A stretch of DNA of 51,121 nt from a virus (lineage: Duplodnaviria > Caudoviricetes). Shown piece after piece: positions 18,985 to 29,500 of the stretch. The notes beneath the pieces were generated by a model that saw only the letters and a program-made list of their open reading frames with translations, was not told the DNA's origin and searched no databases. The stretch covers positions 1-51,121 of IMG/VR virus record IMGVR_UViG_3300033076_000672. The stretch is one strand, 5' to 3'. Position numbers and translations under genes: made by a program. How positions within the stretch are numbered: position 1 is the stretch's first letter; each line of letters starts with the position of its first letter.

Positions 18985-19163
18985 TTAAAGCAGCTATTAT
19001 TAATGAAACCGGTCTTATCTTGGATATGATTATTCTTGATGATTTGTCTCAATGTCCTGGCGCAGTTTTTTGCCCTGATTACCTCGGTATTGGCGCAAAT
19101 ATCAGTGATCCGCAACCTATCGGGCAAGCACAACCAATTATTGTTGGTGCGCAAACACTATGA
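18981..19163 (+). CDS. Small tail-fibre assembly-like protein
   Basis: ATGA-coupled MIKAAIINETGLILDMII...LGIG, a type that typically follows Gly-rich fibre genes. Confidence 0.6.
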   Translation: MIKAAIINETGLILDMIILDDLSQCPGAVFCPDYLGIGANISDPQPIGQAQPIIVGAQTL

Positions 19164-19441
19164 ATACACCAGTAACCCCTAAGTTTTCAGTCACTTTAAA
19201 CAACACTACCTTGAATGTCTACCATGTTTCCAAAGGTGAAGGTTTACCAAAACATGAGCATTTATTTTCACACCTAACTCTATGCAATGCGGGTAGTATC
19301 ATTATCCGTAAAGAAAATCGCGAATTAGTCATGACCAAGGACACCCAGCCGGTGAACCTTGTGGCAAACGAGTGGCATGAGATTGAGGCGCTCGAAGACG
19401 GCACGGTGTTCGTCAACGTGTTTGCTGAAGGCAAGTATTGA
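19160..19441 (+). CDS. Cupin-domain protein
   Basis: PKHEHLFSHLT...WHEIEALEDGT cupin metal-binding motifs. Confidence 0.8.
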   Translation: MNTPVTPKFSVTLNNTTLNVYHVSKGEGLPKHEHLFSHLTLCNAGSIIIRKENRELVMTKDTQPVNLVANEWHEIEALEDGTVFVNVFAEGKY

Positions 19442-19450
19442 AAGTAGTAC

Positions 19451-19660
19451 ATGGCAGAACCTATGGTCACCCACACGGAGGCAAGATTGCAATCACACGA
19501 AGCCGTGTGCGCGGAACGCTATTCCCGCATAGACAAGGCGCTGGCCACTGGTGATAAGCGCATGAACAAGATCGAGTACTGGCTTTACGCCGTGCTCGCT
19601 GCCGTACTACTAGGCCCTGGGGCCGCAGCCGAGTTTGTAAAAAAACTCGTTGGGCTGTAA
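19451..19660 (+). CDS. Small membrane protein (holin/XhlA-like)
   Basis: HEAVCAERY coiled coil plus a C-terminal hydrophobic helix. Confidence 0.6.
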   Translation: MAEPMVTHTEARLQSHEAVCAERYSRIDKALATGDKRMNKIEYWLYAVLAAVLLGPGAAAEFVKKLVGL

Positions 19661-19670
19661 GGACACCGCC

Positions 19671-20144
19671 ATGATCGTCGAAAGCCTGGCTCTCATAAGT
19701 GCAGCCAACTCGGCGTTTTCGGTGATCAAAGCAGCACTGAGTAACGGAAAAGAGCTGGCCGATATCGGCAGCAAAGCGATTGAGTACTTCGAGCTAAAGT
19801 CACAGCTGCAGGAAAACGCAGTCGAAAAAGCCGGGGGCCGCCCCTTGGAAGGCCGCACCGATCTGGAAGAATTCCTGGCGCTCGAGAAGCTACGACAGCA
19901 AGAAGAGCACCTGCGCGAGTCCATGGTTTATGCAGGCCGCCCGGGCATGTGGGAAGACTGGGTAAAGTTTCAAGCTATGGCCGCCCGCAAACGCCGAGAG
20001 GCTAAAGAAGCCGCGGAGCGGGCTAAGAAGCTGCAGCGGGAACGCCAGCAAAAAATTACCCAGTACGTTGCGGTAGCGGCAGCAGTTGCCCTGGCGTGGT
20101 GTCTGGTCATGTATGGTATTTGGATTGTCGTGAGGAAGCCATGA
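19671..20144 (+). CDS. Coiled-coil membrane protein in the lysis region
   Basis: Start refined to ATG 19671; C-terminal transmembrane segment. Confidence 0.65.
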   Translation: MIVESLALISAANSAFSVIKAALSNGKELADIGSKAIEYFELKSQLQENAVEKAGGRPLEGRTDLEEFLALEKLRQQEEHLRESMVYAGRPGMWEDWVKFQAMAARKRREAKEAAERAKKLQRERQQKITQYVAVAAAVALAWCLVMYGIWIVVRKP

Positions 20145-20641
20145 TCCCTTTGGTCGCATCTATTGTTTCTGGGCTTCTGGCCAACAATCTCCCCAAGCTG
20201 GCGCAGGCTGTAGTAGATAAGGGCGTTGACTACGTGCAGGAAAAAACCGGCATTGAGCTCAAGCCGGACATGACCGCCGAAGAGGCCACCGCGCTGCGCG
20301 AAGCCGCCAACAAGCACGAAGAGTTCCAGATGGAGCTCGACGCCAAAGATCGCGCTGACGCCCGAGCCCGTGAGATCGCTATCGCCACGAGCCAAGATGC
20401 CCCCATGATCAACAAGGTAGTGACGCCGGTGCTGGCGCTGGGCACTGTGGCCCTGTCGTTCCTGTTGTTTGCTGCCATCATGTTCCTCCCCGACATTGAA
20501 GGTACGCGCAAAGACATCCTGATCTACGTGCTCGGGGCTGTGAATGCGGCCACGACCATGGTGCTGTCCTACTACTTCGGGGCTAGCCATGACCACAAGA
20601 AAGACATGACCCCTAGCGTTATTGACGGAGCTGCCAAATGA
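20141..20641 (+). CDS. Putative holin
   Basis: DRADARARE, two hydrophobic helices and YYFGAS; directly before the endolysin. Confidence 0.7.
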   Translation: MIPLVASIVSGLLANNLPKLAQAVVDKGVDYVQEKTGIELKPDMTAEEATALREAANKHEEFQMELDAKDRADARAREIAIATSQDAPMINKVVTPVLALGTVALSFLLFAAIMFLPDIEGTRKDILIYVLGAVNAATTMVLSYYFGASHDHKKDMTPSVIDGAAK

Positions 20642-21165
20642 TTGAGAATTTCCAAAAGTCTCTGGAGGCTGTGCTCAAGCATGAGGGCGGTTTTGTGAAT
20701 CACCCATCCGACCCGGGCGGCATGACCAATCTGGGCTGCACCAAGGCTGTGTGGGAAGAGTGGGTCGGGCATCCCGTCGACGAAAAAACGATGCGTAACC
20801 TGACACCGCAGGACGTGGCCCCGCTATATAAAGCGAAGTACTGGAACAAAGTGAGCGGCGATGCGCTTCCTGCTGGTGTGGACTACGCTGTATTCGACTG
20901 TGCGATTAACAGCGGCCCGGGACGGGCTGCCAAGTTCCTGCAAGAAGTCGTCGGTGTTACCGCAGATGGCGCGATTGGCCCGGGCACGCTGAAGGCTGTA
21001 GCCGCGCACAACCCCAAGGAAGTCGCGGAGAAGTTCAACCACAGGCGACTGATGTTTTTGCAGAGCCTGCCCACCTGGGGAACTTTTGGCAAGGGCTGGG
21101 GCCGCCGCGTTTCCGAGGTTGCAGATGCCAGTGCTTTGATGACGGGCATGGACAATCTGGCCTGA
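20638..21165 (+). CDS. Endolysin, glycoside hydrolase family 108 with peptidoglycan-binding domain
   Basis: HEGGFVNHPSDPGGMTNLG, DGAIGPGTL and FGKGWGRR motifs. Confidence 0.93.
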   Translation: MIENFQKSLEAVLKHEGGFVNHPSDPGGMTNLGCTKAVWEEWVGHPVDEKTMRNLTPQDVAPLYKAKYWNKVSGDALPAGVDYAVFDCAINSGPGRAAKFLQEVVGVTADGAIGPGTLKAVAAHNPKEVAEKFNHRRLMFLQSLPTWGTFGKGWGRRVSEVADASALMTGMDNLA

Positions 21166-21176
21166 ACCCCTACAAT
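21149..21176 (+). promoter_or_regulatory. Promoter TGGACA-16-TACAAT
   Basis: Motif match upstream of the nozzle/ejection genes. Confidence 0.55.
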
Positions 21177-21207
21177 CACACGGTGTTCAACTTAACTGGA
21201 GACTCGC

Positions 21208-21435
21208 ATGGCTTTGAGCTACGAGCAATTCATGGAAGCTACCGGCGCTGAGCTGGTAGCTGGCAACATCATCGTTGGCGTTATGGCTGACCGCAAAAAA
21301 GTCGGTGCCCTAGGCGATGATGGTGTATTTAACCTGAACGACGAAGGTAAAGCGCTTGCTGATGAGATCGAAGCCGCTGGCGGCAAGAAGTCTCGCAAGA
21401 AAGCCGACGTCACCGAAGCTCCGGCTGCTGAGTAA
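21208..21435 (+). CDS. Hypothetical protein
   Basis: GGAG SD; biased codons. Confidence 0.75.
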   Translation: MALSYEQFMEATGAELVAGNIIVGVMADRKKVGALGDDGVFNLNDEGKALADEIEAAGGKKSRKKADVTEAPAAE

Positions 21436-21450
21436 ACGTAAGGGGCGGGC

Positions 21451-23280
21451 ATGCCGTATCTGAAGCTAGAAGGATTTTCCGGTATCTCGCCCCGAGTCGG
21501 GCCGATGGAGCTCGCGCCAAATCAGGCGCAGGTGGCCAAGAACGTCAAACTGCAGTCAGGTGAGCTGCGCCCGTGGCGCAAACCTGTGCTGAACTACGTG
21601 TGCGGGCTGTCCGATACCCGCTCCATCTTCAAGCTCGAAAACTCAAGCACCGGTGGCTCTGCCTGGCTTGAATGGGGCACCGATGTAGACGTTGTGACTA
21701 GTCCTGTGGCTGACACAACAGATTTCCGGGTCTACTACTCTGGGGATGGCGCTCCCAAGAAAACTAACTGGGCTCTGGCGACAACCAGCGGAACCGGCAC
21801 AAAGCCTTTCCCGAACGCGTATCTCAACATGGGGGTCACCGCTCCCACTGTTGCTCCTACGTTGTCCGCCACCACAGGTACTGCAGAGACGCGTGCGTAT
21901 ATCTATACGTACGTCAGCACATTTGGGTCGATTACGGAAGAGTCCGCACCCAGCCCTGCAACGCTGATCAGTCTGGCGACTACGACCACTACGGTGACGG
22001 TCAGTGGGTTCGGCACTGCGCCAACTACGGCGGCCAACTACAATATCACAGAGCTGCGGGTCTACCGCTCGGTAACCGGGGCTTCTACCTCTACGTATTT
22101 CTACGTAGGCTCAGTCTCTGTCAACCCGGCGACAGGGGCGGCCTCAGGTTCTTTCACAGACAACGTGGCCGTTGCTAACCTTGGTGCGGCACTGTCTTCG
22201 CTGTATTTCACCCCTCCCCCCAGCGGGCTGCAAGGTCTGATCGCCATGCCCAATGGGATCTTGGCGGGTTTTGTGGGCAATCAGGTCTGGTTCTCTGAGC
22301 CTTTCCTGCCGCACGCATGGCCAGCGAGCTACATGATGACTGTGGGCGCTCCGATCGTCGGTCTTGGCGTCTTTGGGCAAACTCTGGTTGTGTGTACAAC
22401 GCAGACCCCCTACCTGATTACGGGCTCCCAACCCGGGGCAATGTCCCAGGAAAAAGTGCCGCTGCCCGAGCCGTGCGTTTCCAAGAAGTCCATCACCAGT
22501 GACCAGTTCGGTGTGCTGTACGCCAGTCCCAACGGGCTTGTGTCGATCGCTGCGGGCACGCAAGATGTGATCAGCCGGGCGCTGTTTACCCGCGATGAGT
22601 GGCAGACGTACGTGCCTACCAGCATGGTGGGGGTCATCTACCAGAACATGTACATCGCGTTCTATCAGGCGGGGACCACAAAGTCCGCCCTGATCCTCAT
22701 GCGCGGTGACTCTCCTCCGCTGGTGACTCTTGACGTAGCCTCGCAGGCAGTGTTCGTACAGCGTGCCACGGCAAACGTATATTTCGTCAACCCCGTGGAC
22801 AACAGCATTTACCAGCTCGACGCCGACCCGCTGAACAATACGTTCTATGAGTGGCGCTCCAAGGTGTTCCTGCTACCCGAGCCGACCAATTTTGCGGCTA
22901 CCAAAGCCCAGGCCAACTGGGATTACATGGACGACACCACGGCGTATAACGCCGTGGTCGCTGCGATTGTTGCTTCTAACCAAGCCATTTGGGCTGCCGG
23001 AACCCCGCTGCAGAGCGTGGTCGACGGGGGAACGCTCAACAGCGTGACTGTGAACGGAAGCATCATGCAGGACATCCCAGCGTTGGCGGACACCCGTACG
23101 GTCCAGGCGTCTATCTACGCTAACAGCCAGCTGGTTGCTGTTGTGGGATACACGGATCAGGAGCCGATCAGGTTGCCGGCCACCAGTAAAGAGTACTACT
23201 GGGAAGTCCTGCTGACGGGCAACGCGCCGATGCGTACTTTCGTTATGGCGACCTCGATTGGGGAGATGCGTCAGGTATGA
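21451..23280 (+). CDS. Tail nozzle/stabilisation protein (P22 gp10 or tubular-B-like)
   Basis: 609 aa, beta-rich; FSGISPR...AQVAKN N-terminus, WFSEP...PHAWP and YEWRSK; position before the GNAT and ejection genes. Confidence 0.75.
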   Translation: MPYLKLEGFSGISPRVGPMELAPNQAQVAKNVKLQSGELRPWRKPVLNYVCGLSDTRSIFKLENSSTGGSAWLEWGTDVDVVTSPVADTTDFRVYYSGDGAPKKTNWALATTSGTGTKPFPNAYLNMGVTAPTVAPTLSATTGTAETRAYIYTYVSTFGSITEESAPSPATLISLATTTTTVTVSGFGTAPTTAANYNITELRVYRSVTGASTSTYFYVGSVSVNPATGAASGSFTDNVAVANLGAALSSLYFTPPPSGLQGLIAMPNGILAGFVGNQVWFSEPFLPHAWPASYMMTVGAPIVGLGVFGQTLVVCTTQTPYLITGSQPGAMSQEKVPLPEPCVSKKSITSDQFGVLYASPNGLVSIAAGTQDVISRALFTRDEWQTYVPTSMVGVIYQNMYIAFYQAGTTKSALILMRGDSPPLVTLDVASQAVFVQRATANVYFVNPVDNSIYQLDADPLNNTFYEWRSKVFLLPEPTNFAATKAQANWDYMDDTTAYNAVVAAIVASNQAIWAAGTPLQSVVDGGTLNSVTVNGSIMQDIPALADTRTVQASIYANSQLVAVVGYTDQEPIRLPATSKEYYWEVLLTGNAPMRTFVMATSIGEMRQV

Positions 23281-23480
23281 GAAAGCCATCCATTCCAGCT
23301 ACGGGAAGTCTCCCGCTCGACATTGCCCGGGTGGTTGAGCCCCTCAAAGCTAACGTGGAGCTGATCACTGGCGCTCGCCCAGGGGCAGTTTCGCTTGCCC
23401 CGCTGCCGACTACGGCCACGCTAGCGGATGTAATCAATCAGGTTAACTTGCTTCTTTCCAGAATCGAGCACTCCGGGTAA
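23277..23480 (+). CDS. Small virion-associated hypothetical protein
   Basis: ATGA-coupled 67-aa ORF. Confidence 0.65.
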   Translation: MRKPSIPATGSLPLDIARVVEPLKANVELITGARPGAVSLAPLPTTATLADVINQVNLLLSRIEHSG

Positions 23481-23491
23481 GATACAGCCCT

Positions 23492-23935
23492 ATGAAAACC
23501 GTTGTCTATGGTCAGGACCAGCGCATCATTAAATGGGTTGGAGACCGCGTGGATGAGGATGAATTTGGAGGTGGAGCTGTTGGGATTGGCCACGAGCAGG
23601 ACGGCCAACTGATTGCTGGTGTGGTTTACAACCTGTACACAGGCCCCTCGATATCCATGCACGTTGCAGCGGAGCCGGGCAAACAATGGATGACCAGGGA
23701 GTTTCTCTGGCGCGTCTTTGCTTACCCGTTCATTCAACTCAAATGCAACAGGATTACGGGGCTTGTCAGGGCAGACAACTTAACAGCTCAGCGCTTTGAT
23801 GAGCACGTTGGATTTACAAGAGAAGGCCTTGTACGCAGGGCCTGTACTGACGGCACAGACATGATCTTGTACGGTATGCTCCGTGAGGAGTGCCGGTGGA
23901 TTGGAGTAAAGAATGGCACGGTGGCACACAACTGA
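23492..23935 (+). CDS. GNAT-family acetyltransferase
   Basis: RITGLV...NLTAQRFDEHVGFTREG...YGMLREE RimJ/RimL-type motifs. Confidence 0.85.
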   Translation: MKTVVYGQDQRIIKWVGDRVDEDEFGGGAVGIGHEQDGQLIAGVVYNLYTGPSISMHVAAEPGKQWMTREFLWRVFAYPFIQLKCNRITGLVRADNLTAQRFDEHVGFTREGLVRRACTDGTDMILYGMLREECRWIGVKNGTVAHN

Positions 23936-25070
23936 ATGGGACACGCTCCCAGAAAACGCTTTCCAGCATCGCGGCTGGAAGGGTTCGATGACTCTGGAAG
24001 GCGGCAAAGGCGGCGGTGGTAGTGCTCCGGCTCCTGACCCCAACATCGGGCTTGCCCAAAAACAGATGGCTGATCTGTCGTCCCAGCAGTGGGACATGTT
24101 CAAGACGACCATTTATCCCGAGCTCCTCAAGCAGTCGCAAGCTCAGCAGACTCTGGCGGAGAAGCAGCAAGCTTCCGCTGACACCTACTCGCAGTCGGCC
24201 ATCGCGCAGTCCCAGAAAATGACGGACCTTGCTGCGCAAGAGCAGGCTCGTATGGCAGACCAGTACGCATACGCTAAGAGCTTGGCCGAAGAGCAGCGCG
24301 GCTATGCCCAGCAAGACCGTGCCCGCTATGAACAAGGTGCCATCCCCGCGATGGAGAAGCTTAAAGCAGAAGCGGACCTGTACAACACAGAGGCTGAGCG
24401 AGAGCGCTTGGCTGGTCTCGCCATGGGCGACATCAAGTCTGCCGCGGAAAATGCCCGTCAGCAACAGATGATGCAGCAGCGTGCGTATGGTATCGACCCC
24501 ACTTCGGGCGTTGCCCAAGGGCAAGCCAACGCCAACGCCATCCAGCTGGCCAGTGCTCAAGCCGCAGCAGCCAACCAGACCCGCCAAGCAGCCAAAGAGC
24601 TCGGCCTGCAGAAACAGGCTAACGTGTACAACATGTATGCAGGTCTTCCGGCGCAGTCTGCGACGGCGACGGGGCTTGGCTTGAATGCTACTCAGACCGG
24701 CACTGCGTCGTCTGCTGCAGGTTTCGGCGCGCAAGGCACCGCAGCTAACTACGGGCTCAACGCTACTAACGCAGCCATGGGCTACGGGATGCAAGGCTTT
24801 GGCGCTGGCCAGAGCGCGTTTGGCAACCTTGCTACTATGGGTAGTTCGCTTAACAGTGCGACCAGCACTGGCTTGCAAGGCTGGCAAGGGCTTGGCCAGC
24901 TGGGCGTCGGCAAGTACAACGCTGATGTCAGTGCGTACAACGCGCAACAGGCTGCGGCAGCGCAGAGTTCCGCCGGGTTTGGCTCGGCACTGGGCACCCT
25001 TGGTATGGCGGCTATGTCTGGTGGCACTGGCGGTTTTGCAACGTCTGCACTGGGCCGACTGTTCAAGTAA
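23913..25070 (+). CDS. DNA ejection/pilot protein
   Basis: GGKGGGGS motif, Q/A-rich helices and a Gly-rich hydrophobic C-terminus. Confidence 0.75.
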   Translation: MARWHTTEWDTLPENAFQHRGWKGSMTLEGGKGGGGSAPAPDPNIGLAQKQMADLSSQQWDMFKTTIYPELLKQSQAQQTLAEKQQASADTYSQSAIAQSQKMTDLAAQEQARMADQYAYAKSLAEEQRGYAQQDRARYEQGAIPAMEKLKAEADLYNTEAERERLAGLAMGDIKSAAENARQQQMMQQRAYGIDPTSGVAQGQANANAIQLASAQAAAANQTRQAAKELGLQKQANVYNMYAGLPAQSATATGLGLNATQTGTASSAAGFGAQGTAANYGLNATNAAMGYGMQGFGAGQSAFGNLATMGSSLNSATSTGLQGWQGLGQLGVGKYNADVSAYNAQQAAAAQSSAGFGSALGTLGMAAMSGGTGGFATSALGRLFK

Positions 25071-25079
25071 GGAAAAATC

Positions 25080-26588
25080 ATGGCATTTAACCTCGGCGCA
25101 TTTGCTGGCGGTCTGGCTCAAGGCGGCCTGAATACATACACAACTCTCAAAGAGCAAGAGCGGCGCGACCAAGAAGCTGCGCAGCGGGCGCAGGAATTTG
25201 AGTGGCGCAAAGCAGAGAAAGCACGCGAAGCTGCCATCGAGCAAGCTGCGGCAGAGACACAGGCTAAAGTGGGCGGCACGGACTATGCGCCCTCGCTGCA
25301 ACAAACTGCGGGTATCGGTCCGCAGCAAGCTCGGGCTCTCGCTATCAATACTGGGGCCGGTGGTGATGAGTTTGATCGTGCCGTGGCTGAATCCGTCCAA
25401 GGTGTCCTACGCGAGAACGCCCAGCGCCAAGGCGCGGCGCTGCCGGAAAACGCCCCCATGGTGGGCACCCGCTATACGCAGGAGCAAGCCGATACCGAGT
25501 ACATCAACCGCTTGCGCGGGATCAGCCGTAAGGCTGCTCGGGAAGAAGAAACCGGAGCTTTGGGTCTTAAGGCCGCACAGCGCCAAGAACGCTATGCAGT
25601 AAATCAAGAGAACGCCCTGGGTTTCCAGAGCCAGATCATGAAAGAGCTGCAGGAGACCAAGGGTGATATCGGTGCAATCATTGAGAAGCACTTCATCCCG
25701 CTGTACAACGAGAACAAGCTACCCGGTCTGAACGACGGTGGTACGGCTAAGCTCGTGCCAAGCGCCATGGGTGGGGATAAAGCTATTGTCATCACCAGCA
25801 AAGATGGTAAAGAAACTCAGTTGCCGGCGAATATCCAGACGCTGCAGATGCTCACTGGTAAGACTCAGGAGCTGATGATGGCCTCGTCCAGCCCCGAGAG
25901 CTACTGGAAACACAAAGAGCAGAGCCTCAAGGAGCGTCAGGTTGGCGTTCAAGAAACCGAACTGGCTGCCAAGCTCAAAGCAGACTTGTTTGGTGCCCAA
26001 GCTAAACAGGCTATTGGGGCCGCCAATGCCTCGAACGCGCATGCAGGTGTGTACAACAACATGGTTAAGCTGAGCAACGAAAACAAAGACGCTCGCGCTG
26101 CTATGAAACCGTACTTGGACGAGTACGCTGCGATGTCTCCTGAAGATCAGGCCGGTTCCAAGGGGCAGTCGGTCTTGCTCAAGGGCGCTACTGCCGCGGC
26201 GCAAAAGTCTGGCGACATCACTGGCATCGTCGCGCAGCTTAAGAAGCCTGACGTGGATCAATCTATTAAGGTCAACGCTGACGGTACGGTCACGAAGGGC
26301 GGTGTTTTGTACGTACCTGACCCTAACAAGCCGGGCGACTACAAACCTGCGGGCGGTCTTAAACAGTCCAAGCTGGATCGCTTGATTGACGCTGACGTAA
26401 AAGCTGGTAGCTCAGTAGAACAAGCAGTAGCGGTTCCGGGGCGCCCCCTATACAATGCTACTACCTCAGCGCTTCAGCGAATGGCTAACAGACCGAAAGG
26501 CGTAAGTGCAGCCGAAGCCTCGGACGCCCAGCGCGAGCTTGATGCACGCAAAGGGGAAGACCGTATGACTGCATTGCCGTCCAGATAA
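25080..26588 (+). CDS. Internal virion/ejection protein
   Basis: FAGGLAQG N-terminus; helical; lies between the pilot protein and the giant protein. Confidence 0.7.
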   Translation: MAFNLGAFAGGLAQGGLNTYTTLKEQERRDQEAAQRAQEFEWRKAEKAREAAIEQAAAETQAKVGGTDYAPSLQQTAGIGPQQARALAINTGAGGDEFDRAVAESVQGVLRENAQRQGAALPENAPMVGTRYTQEQADTEYINRLRGISRKAAREEETGALGLKAAQRQERYAVNQENALGFQSQIMKELQETKGDIGAIIEKHFIPLYNENKLPGLNDGGTAKLVPSAMGGDKAIVITSKDGKETQLPANIQTLQMLTGKTQELMMASSSPESYWKHKEQSLKERQVGVQETELAAKLKADLFGAQAKQAIGAANASNAHAGVYNNMVKLSNENKDARAAMKPYLDEYAAMSPEDQAGSKGQSVLLKGATAAAQKSGDITGIVAQLKKPDVDQSIKVNADGTVTKGGVLYVPDPNKPGDYKPAGGLKQSKLDRLIDADVKAGSSVEQAVAVPGRPLYNATTSALQRMANRPKGVSAAEASDAQRELDARKGEDRMTALPSR

Positions 26589-26596
26589 GAGCTCTC

Positions 26597-29500
26597 ATGG
26601 CCACTTTAGACCAACTTCGCTCCCTGTTTCCTAATGCTGCAACAGATGCAGATGTTATTACGCAAGCGGCGGATCGGTATGGAATTAGCCCCGCCGAAAT
26701 TGCTTCGGAAGTTGGCTATTCGCAATCGCGCAGTGGCTTGACTGGGCAGCAGTTTTCTTCTGCGATCGACCGTTACCAAGCTGGTCTGTATGGCGTAGGC
26801 GAAGCTGCCTTGGGTGCACTTGGCGCGGAGTCTGCTTCTGGCTGGATGGCAGCACAACGTCGTGAAAACGAACTTCGTGCTGACCTGGCTTCTGAGCGTG
26901 CCCGTGAGATGGGCGCTGTCCAAGAATGGAAAGATGTCCACGGTATTGGCGACTTCGGTAGCTACGCCAAGGGTCTGGCCATTCAATCGGTGCCCTACGC
27001 AGCTGAAGCACTGGCTGGCGGTCTTGTCACTCGCGGGCTTATGTCCGGTACTCGTGCGGCGCTTGCTGGAGCCCAGACTGTTGAGGAACTCGCCGCAGCC
27101 AAGAAGGCACTGAACATTGGCAGCACCGTTGGTGGTGTCGCCGCATCCTATCCATCCGCGGTAGGCGATGTTCTCAGTAACCAGCGGGAAGAAGGCCAGA
27201 CCAACTTCGGAGCCGCTGCAGCTCTGGGCGTTCCCTACGCCGCTCTGAATGCGTTCGGCGTTGAAGGTGCACTATCCCGCGGTATGGGCGCACGCGCTGT
27301 GAACATGCTGGACCGGACAACTGGCGTGACTGGTGCTGCATTGCGTACCGGCTCGTCCATGGCCAAGTCTGGCGCACAGGAAGCCGTTGGTGAAACACTG
27401 CAGGAAGTGACCAACCAGCTTGGCCGCATGGCGGTCAACCCCAATGTCAGCCTCACAGATGAAGCTGCGCTTGAGAGGTACAAAGAATCTGCTATCGGTG
27501 GCGCAGTACTGGGTGGCGCGTTTGGCTCTGTTGGTGGCTGGCGTCGTTCGTCCAGTTTCCTGCCTGGCTCCAACCAAAGTGGCGAAACTCCCACTACGCC
27601 TGACGCCCCGAAGAACGAAATCTCTCAAGAGTTCACGGCCAAGTCGGAAGCCTCTGCTGAAAACCTCATGGCCGGCCTCGCTGGCCAACCCAATCTGCTG
27701 GGCGGTCGCGCTGGTTTGTATGAGGGTGCTACTGTGCCCGCGCCTCCCGTCGTCGCTGGCGGTGAGACCGATGTTGCTTTTGCGCAACAACAGGCTAATG
27801 CAGAGAATCAGGCTACGCAAGCAGCTCTGCAACAGCAAGCTACACGCGAGCGTATTTACTCCGAGTTCGGTATTGCTGACCCGCAAAATCCGACTAAGGG
27901 CAACTTGTTCGGTAAGCCGATCTATGGCCCCGCAGTTCCTGCCGTAGCTGACGCAGTGGCCGCAGTTACGCAGAACATGACCCCCACCCAGCTGGCCATC
28001 GCACAAGCGGTGAATCAGGCGAGCGCCGCCACAGGGAACATGATGTTGAACTACCAGTTCAACGCAAACGACCCAGTCAAGTCTGTACAGAAAGCGTTTG
28101 ACGCCGTGGGCAAGGTCGCCACTGGCTTGCAGATTGGGCATGTCCAGTCTGTGGACGAAGCCGCGCAGATTCTCAACGAGCAATCCAATAGCCTCAAAGG
28201 GCAAAAGCTGGATCAGCTCAACGCTGTTTACTCCGCCCTGACCGGCGAAGACACCGCGGGCTATATTGCAGCCCAGCAACCGAAAGCAACCAAAGGAGCT
28301 AAAGATGGAAAACTGCAATTGCAAACAAATGCCGGGGTGGGAGAAGTTCCAGTCCAAGGCGGAGCAGGAGAAGCAATCTCTGGAGGAGCTGGGGCTGTAC
28401 GACCCGCTCAAGTTCAACCCGTCGGAGCAGGAAGTGTCGGAGCGGGACCGACTGGCCAGCAAGCTGGACAGCCGACAGCAGGCGGAGTACGGACAGGCAC
28501 CAGTGCAGACACCGGTGTTGGCGTATCCGAGCCTGTCGGGCAGGGGCAAGGGCCGGGGCAAGTAAATGAACAGCCCGCAGAAACCGTCGGCCAAACCACC
28601 CAAACCGCAGTACAGCCCGCAGGCCAAGGAGCAACTGCGCCAAGCATGGGTCAACCTGCCGGGCGTACTCAAGCCGTACCTGAAGTCGGGCAAGTAAGCA
28701 CTGCGGCAGAGGTACTCGCTGACCGCATGGAAGCTATCGCTGATGAAGCGATGCAGCTTCTTGTACCTCCGACCTCCCGCATGGATGAAGCCACCGCGCA
28801 GAAACAGCGCGACTTCATCTTCACGCTATTGGTCAACGGGCCGTACGACTCGCTGGCAGTCATGGCTGCAGATTTTGGTATCAAAGAATCCCAAGCCAAA
28901 GATTGGTCTGCGAAGGCCAAGGCTATGCAGGATGACCCGACCAAGCTGGCTGCTGCGTTCCGTGCAGTTGCGGATCAGCACGGCATTACCGTTGCCGAAC
29001 TGATGGACGGCATTGGCGTCAAGGCTGCACAAGAAGCTGCCCAGGCACCCGAGCAAGTCGTTGCGGGTACGGAGCGTGAGCTCATTGACGAAGGCCTGGA
29101 AGTTAAAGGCCGCAAGTCCGGTGAAAGCCTGCAAGAGCGCTACAACAAGGTCGAGACGAATCAGGCTAAATACCTGCGTTTGTCTGAGCAACTCGAAGCC
29201 GCCGAAAACGACGGTGACGAAGAAGCCGCAGCTCGTATCAGCGCAGAGCTGGACGCAGTGTTGGCCAAGGGTGTTGAGCAGTCGGATAAGCGCTCCAAGC
29301 GAGCTGCCCCCAAGGCGGCCAAAGCTAAAACCGAAGCACCGACCACGGCAGCTGAAGAACTCAGCGAGGATAAGCGCAAAGCTCAGGAGGCTGAAGCTGC
29401 CAAGCTACGCGCCGAGATTGCTGCGAAAACTGCAGCAGAACGCAAGGGCCTGGAAGTTGGCGACACCGTCGTCAATCCCAAGTTGGGTACAGGTACGGTG

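Noticed and set aside
23814-25400. 528-aa antisense ORF over the ejection genes
   Set aside because: Shadow ORF; its composition mirrors the Ala/Gln-rich sense frame.
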